Assembly (NCBI RefSeq): GCF_008065095.1
Contig: NZ_CP042911.1
Coordinates: forward strand, 5,520,001-5,552,000
DNA: 32,000 nucleotides
Origin: Gemmata obscuriglobus
GTDB taxonomy: Bacteria; Planctomycetota; Planctomycetia; Gemmatales; Gemmataceae
Reading direction: 5' to 3'
Below, one piece after another: positions 16,788 to 23,717 of this stretch. Every line of letters starts with the position of its first letter. The first letter of the stretch is position 1. The notes below the pieces were generated by a model that saw only the letters and a program-made list of their open reading frames with translations, did not search any database and had not been told where the DNA came from. A program made the position numbers and the translations under genes.

Positions 16788-18083
16788 TCACGGTGCGCTC
16801 GACGGGCAGCACCGCGCTTCGGCCAGTTCGTTCTCCTCTGCCGACGCGTCGTGCGCGGCCGGCGCGACCGGCTCCGGGTGTTCGATCACCGGAGTCGCTT
16901 CGGCCCGCTTTCGTCCCACCACCAAGATCGCTAGCCCGATCGACGCCGTGGTGCCGAAAATGGCGACGATTGGGACCTGATTGTTTGGCTCGACGGCACC
17001 GATCGCCATCGAGATCACCGCACCGGTCCCGAGTTGGAAAAATCCCAGCAAGGCCGACGCACTGCCGGCGTTCTTGGAGAACGGCGCGATCGCCAGCGCG
17101 GAGGCGTTCGGGTTCGTGACCCCGACACAACACAGGAAGGCGAACAGCACTGCCAGCGTGCCGTACAGGTCCAGCCAGCCCGCCACCGTGCCGGCCAGGA
17201 ACAGCCACCCGAAAACGACCTGAGCAGTCAAAAATCGGCGGAACAGGACCTCACTCGGCCAGTAGCGGAGCAGCGCGACATTGAGTTGGCTCGCCCCAAT
17301 GAACCCGCCCGCCAGCAGGGCGAAGATCAGGCTGTACGTCTTCCCGTCCACGCCGAACCCGTCCCTGAACAGAATCGGAGACCCGGCCACGAACGTGAAC
17401 AGCCCGGCGAACGAAAACGCCCCGGCACCGGCGAACGTGTGGAACCGCGGGTGCCGCAGAATGGACCCGTACTCGGACAGGATCGGCCCCGGCCTCAGCG
17501 AAATGTCGCGGTCCGGCTTGTGCCCTTCGGGCAGCAGCGTGACCACCAACGCCAGGATTCCCGCCACCACAACTGCTAGCGCCAGAAACGCGGCCGGCCA
17601 CCCGCCCGCTTCAATCACCAAGGTTCCCACGGTCGGGGCCAGCAGCGGGGAAACCGCGATGAACAAGAACAGCCGGGACAGCACCCGAGCCGCTTCCTTA
17701 CGCGGGAAGAAGTCCCGAACCATCGCGACCGACGCCACCTGCGCCACGCACCCGCCCAGCGCCTGCACGAACCGGAGACCGATCAGCGTATACACGTCCG
17801 GGGCAAATGCGCACCCGACTGAGGTGACGATGAACAGCACCAGCCCGACCACGAGCGGCGGCTTCCGGCCGAACCGGTCCAGCAGCGGCCCGTACACAAC
17901 CTGCCCGAGCGCGAGCCCGATGAAATAGCTCGACAGCGTGAGCGCGATCGTCGTGCTCGGCACGCCGAAACCGGTTGCCAGTTCGGGGAACGCCGGCAGG
18001 TACATATCAATGGCGAACGGACTCACGACGCTGAGCGCGCCGAGCAGCGAGATCACGAACAAACCGGAACGCTTTGCGGGCAC
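16788..18083 (-). CDS. MFS transporter, Bcr/CflA-type drug resistance efflux family
   Basis: ORF 16788..18179. I prefer the GTG at 18083, which lies 9 nt after AGGAAG. FAIDMYLPAFPELA is the family signature and about 12 hydrophobic segments are visible. The start is uncertain (18092 is also possible). Confidence 0.85.
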   Translation of the reverse strand: MPAKRSGLFVISLLGALSVVSPFAIDMYLPAFPELATGFGVPSTTIALTLSSYFIGLALGQVVYGPLLDRFGRKPPLVVGLVLFIVTSVGCAFAPDVYTLIGLRFVQALGGCVAQVASVAMVRDFFPRKEAARVLSRLFLFIAVSPLLAPTVGTLVIEAGGWPAAFLALAVVVAGILALVVTLLPEGHKPDRDISLRPGPILSEYGSILRHPRFHTFAGAGAFSFAGLFTFVAGSPILFRDGFGVDGKTYSLIFALLAGGFIGASQLNVALLRYWPSEVLFRRFLTAQVVFGWLFLAGTVAGWLDLYGTLAVLFAFLCCVGVTNPNASALAIAPFSKNAGSASALLGFFQLGTGAVISMAIGAVEPNNQVPIVAIFGTTASIGLAILVVGRKRAEATPVIEHPEPVAPAAHDASAEENELAEARCCPSSAP

Positions 18084-18181
18084 GATCGGCACCTTCCTGA
18101 CAAAACAACGGGCGGCACAAGTTGGTCCGGGAGATAGTGCCACAGTCTGAAGGGTCTTACAGAGTCCGCACAGCTTCACGA

Positions 18182-18231
18182 AACGGGTGCGGGGGAGGAC
18201 GGGCCAGTGCCCGTCCTCCCCCGCACCCGTT
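18182..18231 (-). terminator. perfect 23-bp stem with 4-nt loop downstream of the desaturase gene
   Basis: AACGGGTGCGGGGGAGGACGGGC-cagt-GCCCGTCCTCCCCCGCACCCGTT. It begins 22 nt after the stop at 18254. TTT follows on the minus strand. Confidence 0.6.
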
Positions 18232-18253
18232 GTTTACGATCCCGAAGGCGATG

Positions 18254-19270
18254 TCAGGACGCGGCGCCGGTGGCCCGGAGCGGCGTTTCGGCGCGGGCGA
18301 GCAGTTCGCCGCGCGACGGCAGCCGCACCTTCCACGCCAGCCCGAGTCGGGACATCGTCCAGATGATGATCCAGCTAATGTCGAACTGCCACCACTTCAG
18401 CCCGTGGCGGGCCGACAGCGGGAACGCGTGGTGGTTGTTGTGCCAGCCCTCGCCGAGGGCGGCGATGCCCACGAGCGGGTTGTTCCGGCTCTCGTCGCCC
18501 GAAGCGTATGGCTTGGTGCCCCACAGGTGGCAGATCGAGTTGACGCTCCACGTGGCGTGGTGCCCGAGGAGGATGCGGACCAGGCCGCCCCAGATGAAGC
18601 CGGTCAGCGCGCCGTGCTCGCCGCCGAACGCGTAGCCGATCGCGGTCGGCACCAAGAGGCCGAGGACCGCCCACAGCGGGAACAGGTTGCTCACCGTGCG
18701 GATCAGTCGGCTCTTGCGCCAGTCGCCGGCGTAACGGGCCAGGTTGTCGGGCATCGGCGCGAACGCCCACCCGATGTGCGAGTGCCAAAACCCTTTCATC
18801 CAGCCCAGCACGCCGCGGTCGTGGGGGTAAGGAGAGTGCGGGTCGCCGTCTTTATCGCTGTGCTGGTGGTGGAGCCGGTGCCGGCCGACCCAGTCGAGCA
18901 GCGGCCCTTGAAGGGCCATCGAACCGAGCACCCCGAACACCGCCTGAATCGGCCCAAAGGTCTGGAACGAGCGGTGCGTGAACAGCCGGTGGAAACCGAC
19001 ACTGATGCCGAGCATGGAGGCGAGGTACATGCCGACGAGCAGACCAAAGTCGACCCACGTGAAGTAGCCCCAGCCCCAGGCCAGGACGATACCCGTAATG
19101 AGGCCCGCGAGGGGAACGGTTACGCCCACGAACGTGGTGAGCCAAGAGTACACGATCCGGAGCCGGCTGAACGTCTGCTGCGGCGGGGGGAGAATAGCCT
19201 CGGGTGCCACGTCGACCGGCGCGGTTTGGTCCGGCTGGGCCAGTCGCGTGCTGCTTGACGGAGTAGGCAA
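18254..19270 (-). CDS. acyl-CoA (Delta9-type) fatty acid desaturase
   Basis: Three histidine boxes are present: HRLFTHRSF, HRLHHQHSD and HNNHHAFP. N-terminal TM helices are visible. The start is a non-ATG codon (TTG at 19270 or a downstream GTG). Confidence 0.85.
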   Translation of the reverse strand: MPTPSSSTRLAQPDQTAPVDVAPEAILPPPQQTFSRLRIVYSWLTTFVGVTVPLAGLITGIVLAWGWGYFTWVDFGLLVGMYLASMLGISVGFHRLFTHRSFQTFGPIQAVFGVLGSMALQGPLLDWVGRHRLHHQHSDKDGDPHSPYPHDRGVLGWMKGFWHSHIGWAFAPMPDNLARYAGDWRKSRLIRTVSNLFPLWAVLGLLVPTAIGYAFGGEHGALTGFIWGGLVRILLGHHATWSVNSICHLWGTKPYASGDESRNNPLVGIAALGEGWHNNHHAFPLSARHGLKWWQFDISWIIIWTMSRLGLAWKVRLPSRGELLARAETPLRATGAAS

Positions 19271-19414
19271 GCTTCAGGTTCCTGCGTTGAAAAGTGAAGG
19301 GCGCGGGACGCCGGGGCGAGTACTCCCGACGTGCAGCGCCCCGGATCGCGGGCGAAGAGAGGGCGGCGACTGGCACCGCCCCGAAGTCGAAATTGTATTG
19401 CTTTTGCCGCGGGC

Positions 19415-19828
19415 TTAGTACCGTCGACCGCCGCCGCCACCACCGTAGCCGCCGCCGCCACCACCGTAGCCGCCGCCGCCACCACCGTAGCCGCCGCCGC
19501 CACCACCGTAGCCGCCGCCGCCACCACCGTAGCCGCCGCCGCCGCCACCGCGACGACCGCCGCCGCCACCACCACCGCCCTCCTTCGGCCGGGCCTCGTT
19601 GACCGTCAGCGGACGGCCCTCAATGACCTGCCCGTGCATGCCGCTGATCGCGGCCTGGGCCTCTTGGTCGCTCCCCATCTCGACGAACCCGAAGCCCTTC
19701 GAGCGGCCGGTGTCGCGGTCCATGATGACCTGCGCCGAAACGACGGCCCCGTACGGGGTGAACATCTCCTGGAGCATGGCGTCAGTGACACCCCAGCTCA
19801 GGTTGCCGACGTACAGTTTCTTACCCAC
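19415..19828 (-). CDS. RRM-type RNA-binding protein with glycine-rich (YGGGGGG)n tail
   Basis: GTG start at 19828 after GGGAGAGAG. RNP-2 (LYVGNL) and RNP-1 (KGFGFVEM) are present. The C-terminal tail has five YGGGGGG repeats. Confidence 0.85.
   Translation of the reverse strand: MGKKLYVGNLSWGVTDAMLQEMFTPYGAVVSAQVIMDRDTGRSKGFGFVEMGSDQEAQAAISGMHGQVIEGRPLTVNEARPKEGGGGGGGGRRGGGGGGYGGGGGGYGGGGGGYGGGGGGYGGGGGGYGGGGGGRRY
19429..19533. repeat. 5 x 21-bp perfect tandem repeat (coding, Gly-rich tail)
   Basis: The unit CGCCGCCGCCACCACCGTAGC is repeated exactly five times (GTAG at 19445, 19466, 19487, 19508 and 19529). Confidence 0.9.
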
Positions 19829-20032
19829 GACGAACTCTCTCCCGCGGCCCGGTCCGGCCGCTACTGTCTCTGCTACCCGCGCGGGACCGCGGCGGTGACG
19901 AACGAACTGGTGGTCTGACCTACCACCGGCAACACCTGTCGGGCGATCCCGGTCACTGCGACCGCGGACTCTTCGATCGGGAGAAGCAGCGTTCGGCGTC
20001 GACCAACGGGACACCCCCGTTGGTTGTGGTAG

Positions 20033-20041
20033 ACTCTATCA
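20033..20041 (-). promoter_or_regulatory. candidate extended -10 (TGATAGAGT on the minus strand) for the RRM gene, within a 15-bp near-palindrome
   Basis: Motif only. It would imply a leader of about 200 nt. It overlaps a mirror TGGTAGACT on the plus strand (20027-20035). Confidence 0.25.
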
Positions 20042-20396
20042 GTCCGCGACGCCGGTTGCGCGACATTTCCCAGAATCTTGTTACCGACACACCGATTTCT
20101 GCTCAACTTTGCGGGGGGCTGTCACATGCTCCTGACGCAACGCTGGTAACAGGGACGGGGCGATGAATCGTTCTCGTCCCAAATCGGAGAAATTTATCCG
20201 GCTTCGTCACAGATCCCTTCGACTCCCACAACACGGAAGAAGCCGTTTCCGCTGCCAATCAGTTCACAAGGGCGTGAGAACCGAACGTTTCAGTGACCTT
20301 CCCGCCATGCACGGCGGAACCGCCGGATTTCAAACGCCGACGTCACACCGTTTTTGGCGTGCTGGTGCCGGCCAGCACACGCGACACCCGCGTGGA

Positions 20397-21434
20397 TTAA
20401 GCGTCACCAAGATATTCGGGCACCTTGGTCCGCAGGTGTTCGATCTCCTGGTGCGTTTCACCCAGGTACGCGAGCAACCGCAGGTCGTCTTTGGTAACGG
20501 CCCCGCCGCTGAACAGCCACGACCGCACCCGGAACAGTTTGTACAGTTTCACCAGCTTGCGGTCGCTGATGAAGATCTTGTCCTCGCGCACAAGGGTTTT
20601 CACCAACCGCTGGAACTCTTTGAACACGTCCGCCGGGAAGAACTTCTTGCGGTCGTTCTCGTCCTCGCCGCGCCCGTCGCCGGTTTTCCGGGAGAACAGG
20701 TGCGTCATGTACCGGTTGGCCTTCAGGAAGTCGTCGAGCGTGGCGTGCCCTTCGATCCACGGCTTCTGGTTGAGGCCCTTGTGCGCCTCGCCCTGGAGCC
20801 CGGCGTCGATGAGTTCGGCGAAGTACTCCTCCTGCACGCTGCGGCTCTGAATCTTCAGCACGAACCGGTCTTTGAGCGCCGCAAGTTCGCCCTGCTCGGG
20901 GATCTCGTTGGTGGCGGCGAACATGATCCGCAGCGGGACCGGTTCGGGCTTGCCCTCCTGGTAAAACTTCTTCTCGTTGATGATGGTCAGCAGGATGTTC
21001 AGGATCGCGGAGTTGGACTTGAAGATCTCGTCGAGGAACACGAGCTTCGCCGAGGGGAGTTTGCCCTCCTTGCGGCGGATGTACCTCCCGTCGCGCAGCT
21101 CCTTGATGTCGATCGCCCCGATGATCTCGCTCGGCTCGGTGAACCGGGTGAGCATGTACTCGAAGTAGTCGCCCTGCTCGATGCCGAGCGCGTCCTTGAA
21201 CTTCACCACGATGTCGGACTTGGCGGTGCCGGGCGGCCCGACGAGCAGGAGCGGCTCCTGCGCGATGGCGGCGACACACATCAGGTCGATGATCTCCTGC
21301 TTGTTCACGAAGAACCGGCCGAGCGACTCCCGGAAGCGGTTAATACGCTTGCGGATCGTTTCGGCCTCGGCCTGGAGGTCGTTGAGCGACAGCTCTTCGG
21401 GGTTCACGGTCGGGGCTTTGGCGGCAGGGGGCAT
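20397..21434 (-). CDS. MoxR-family AAA+ ATPase, RavA-like, short form
   Basis: Walker A GPPGTAKS, Walker B LVFLDEIFK and sensor FAATNE are present. FEYMLTRFTEPSEIIG and ISDRKLVKLYKLFRVRSWLFSG parallel E. coli RavA segments as I recall them. Confidence 0.85.
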   Translation of the reverse strand: MPPAAKAPTVNPEELSLNDLQAEAETIRKRINRFRESLGRFFVNKQEIIDLMCVAAIAQEPLLLVGPPGTAKSDIVVKFKDALGIEQGDYFEYMLTRFTEPSEIIGAIDIKELRDGRYIRRKEGKLPSAKLVFLDEIFKSNSAILNILLTIINEKKFYQEGKPEPVPLRIMFAATNEIPEQGELAALKDRFVLKIQSRSVQEEYFAELIDAGLQGEAHKGLNQKPWIEGHATLDDFLKANRYMTHLFSRKTGDGRGEDENDRKKFFPADVFKEFQRLVKTLVREDKIFISDRKLVKLYKLFRVRSWLFSGGAVTKDDLRLLAYLGETHQEIEHLRTKVPEYLGDA

Positions 21435-21620
21435 GTGTCGGCGGTTCCCTGTTGAGTGACCGGCGTTTCGGTTAGGGGAATCATAAGTGGTTTCCCGGCC
21501 CGTGGGAAGCTCGGAGGGGGAGCCGGGAAGCTCGGGGTGCGTGGCGATTCGGGTTGACGGGTTCGACCCGAGGGTTTATCGACTCTCGTTCGAGTTGCGC
21601 CTTTGCGGGTGGGAGTCGCG

Positions 21621-23360
21621 ATGGTACCAGGGTTGAACGCGGTCGGCGTGCGGGTGCCCGCCGGTGCCGGGGGTTCCGGGCCGGCCGTGGCCCGCCTTTC
21701 GGACCGCACGTGCCGGCGGCTCGCCGGCGGGCTGATCGTCCTGTCGGTGCTGTTCCACCTGGGCTACCTCGCGACCAACTGCCCGCTGGACCTCTCCCCG
21801 GACGAGGCGCATTACTGGCAGTGGTCCCGGCACCTCGCCTGGAGCTACTACAGCAAGGGGCCGCTGGTCGCGTGGCTGATCAGGGCGTCCTGCGAGCTAT
21901 TCGGCCCGCTGAGCGAACAGCTCACCGGGTCGCTGATGCCGGCGGTACGTCTGCCGGCGCTCGCGTGCCACGCGCTCCTGCTCTGGGGCTGGTACGTCCT
22001 CACGCTCAGCACCCTGAAAAGCCACCGGGCGGCGCTCGCCACGGTCGCCCTGGCGCTGACGCTCCCGCCAGTGGTCGCGGGCGCGGTGCTGATGACCATC
22101 GACCCGCCGTTCCTGGCGTGCTGGTGCTGGGCTCTGGTCGGCGTGTGGAAGGCGCTACAAACGGGACAAAGCGACCTCCCCGCCGGCCCCCTCCCTTCAG
22201 CGAGCCAGCCGGGGGGGCGGTTCTTCGCGCTCCGCTGGTGGTTGCTCGCGGCGGTGTGTTCGGCCCTCGGGGTGCTGGCAAAGTACCCGATGGTGCTGCT
22301 CCCGTGCGCGGTGTTCGGCTACCTCTTGTTCACCCGCCGCACGGAACTGAAGCGCCCCGGGTTCTGGGTGTTCGTCGCCGGCTCGGCGGCGGGTCTGGTC
22401 CCGGTCTTTGCGTGGAACGCCGCGAACGAGTGGGTGACGTTCCGGCACGTCGGGACGCAGGCCGCCGGTTCGAGCGGCAGCGGGGTCCGCTGGTTCGGGC
22501 CGCTCACGTTCCTCGTCGGGCAGGCCGGGTTCCTGATCGGCGTGTGGTTCGCGGTGTGGGCGCTGGCCGCGTGGAAGTACCGCCGAACGGCCGACCCGGC
22601 GCTCGGCTTCCTCTGGTGGACGTCCGTGTCCGTGTGGGGCGTGTTCGCGGTCGCGAGCCTGAAAGCGAGCGGACAGGTGAACTGGCCCGCCGCGGCCTAC
22701 GTCAGCGGGTTCGTGCTGTGCGTGGCGTGGACGCGCGAGCAACTCGCCGGCGCGTACCACAAACCCGTTTCGCGCCTCGTGAGCGCCGGCGTCGCGGTGG
22801 GGTTGGCCCTCTCGACACTCGTTCACTTCCCGGGCCTGATGCGCGGGGCACTCGCGTCCGTCGCCGGCCCGGCCGCGGACCCGACCGCCCTGACCGGCAA
22901 CGCCACCCCTATCCGCAAATTCGATCCGACCGCCCGGCTCCGCGGCTGGCGAACGCTCGGCGCGGAGGTGGACGCGATCCGCGACCGTGTGCGCGACGAA
23001 ACGGGTCAGGACCCGCTGGTAGCAGGGACCGTGTGGAACCTTCCCGGCGCGCTCGGGGTGTACTGCAAGGGGCACCCGGAGACGTACTCCTTCGGGCTGG
23101 CGATGGCCGACCGGCACTCGCAGTACGATGTGTGGCGCCCGAATCCGATCGCCGACGCGCAAGAGTTCAGAGGGCGCACGTTCGTGTTCGTGGGGGACGG
23201 ACTCCCCGCCGACACCACGGTCTTCGAGCGATTAGAGCTCGCGAAAATCGTGACCTACCGCGAAGAAGGCGTTCCGGTGTCGGTCTGGTGGGTGTGGGTC
23301 GGACACGGGTTCCGCGGCTTCCCCGAGCCGCAAGCTCTCTCCGGCCGCCCGCGGTACTGA
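21621..23360 (+). CDS. GT-C fold glycosyltransferase, family 39 / ArnT-PMT_2-like
   Basis: ORF 21603..23360, started at the ATG at 21621. It contains SPDEAHYWQWSRHLAWSYYSKGPLVAW (the DEAxYW-type motif of ArnT-like enzymes) and many TM segments. Confidence 0.8.
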   Translation: MVPGLNAVGVRVPAGAGGSGPAVARLSDRTCRRLAGGLIVLSVLFHLGYLATNCPLDLSPDEAHYWQWSRHLAWSYYSKGPLVAWLIRASCELFGPLSEQLTGSLMPAVRLPALACHALLLWGWYVLTLSTLKSHRAALATVALALTLPPVVAGAVLMTIDPPFLACWCWALVGVWKALQTGQSDLPAGPLPSASQPGGRFFALRWWLLAAVCSALGVLAKYPMVLLPCAVFGYLLFTRRTELKRPGFWVFVAGSAAGLVPVFAWNAANEWVTFRHVGTQAAGSSGSGVRWFGPLTFLVGQAGFLIGVWFAVWALAAWKYRRTADPALGFLWWTSVSVWGVFAVASLKASGQVNWPAAAYVSGFVLCVAWTREQLAGAYHKPVSRLVSAGVAVGLALSTLVHFPGLMRGALASVAGPAADPTALTGNATPIRKFDPTARLRGWRTLGAEVDAIRDRVRDETGQDPLVAGTVWNLPGALGVYCKGHPETYSFGLAMADRHSQYDVWRPNPIADAQEFRGRTFVFVGDGLPADTTVFERLELAKIVTYREEGVPVSVWWVWVGHGFRGFPEPQALSGRPRY

Positions 23361-23387
23361 GCCGCTGACGCGGATCACGCTAACCCG

Positions 23388-23615
23388 GTGAACTTTGTGG
23401 GCACAGTCACGACGGCGCAAGGGTGTGTGGTGTCGTGTGGGTCGTGCGCCTTCGCGTGGGCGCGGGCCTGCGACGTATCGGATTACGAGCGCCAGGCGCT
23501 GGAATCGCGCCCCTGTCCGGGGTGCGGGGCGTACACCCTGAGTTGCTCCGATCCCCGCCCCCAGCCGACGCGGCGCAAGCCGCGAAACACCGCCCGCCCA
23601 GCCCGGGCCGCCTGA
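23388..23615 (+). CDS. small zinc-ribbon-like protein (CxxC...CPGC), hypothetical
   Basis: 75-aa ORF 27 nt after the GT39 stop. Third positions are G/C-rich. SCGSC and CPGCG pairs are spaced as in FmdB-type ribbons. The true start may be the GTG at 23427 or 23430. The basic Pro/Arg tail is also compatible with a non-coding artefact. Confidence 0.4.
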   Translation: MNFVGTVTTAQGCVVSCGSCAFAWARACDVSDYERQALESRPCPGCGAYTLSCSDPRPQPTRRKPRNTARPARAA

Positions 23616-23639
23616 AATCGCACTTCGACGACTCCAACG

Positions 23640-23671
23640 GGAACGCCGGGTTCAGATGAACCCGGCGTTCC
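23640..23671 (+). terminator. hairpin GGAACGCCGGGTTCA-ga-TGAACCCGGCGTTCC
   Basis: The 15-nt arms are perfectly complementary. It lies 24 nt after the small ORF and just upstream of the htrA promoter candidate. Confidence 0.45.
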
Positions 23672-23677
23672 TGCATT

Positions 23678-23686
23678 TGGTAGAAT
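23678..23686 (+). promoter_or_regulatory. candidate extended -10 TGGTAGAAT upstream of the HtrA gene
   Basis: It matches TGnTAnnnT exactly and lies 31 nt upstream of the ATG at 23718. It overlaps the alternative ATG at 23685, which argues for 23718 as the real start. Confidence 0.35.
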
Positions 23687-23717
23687 GGGGCACGACCTTG
23701 CACCGCGGAGTTGGGCC

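Noticed and set aside
19294-19602. ORF with an RRHHRS repeat (+ strand), and the possibility that the 21-bp repeats form a CRISPR-like array
   Set aside because: The repeats are contiguous with no spacers and lie in frame within the RRM protein gene on the opposite strand. The + strand ORF is just the antisense reading of the Gly-rich tail.
23685-23717. Upstream ATG at 23685 as the HtrA start (MGHDLAPRSWA...)
   Set aside because: The extension precedes the obvious signal-anchor MRTGRAPLALGCLVLG and overlaps the TGGTAGAAT -10-like element. The ATG at 23718 is preferred, though this is not proven.
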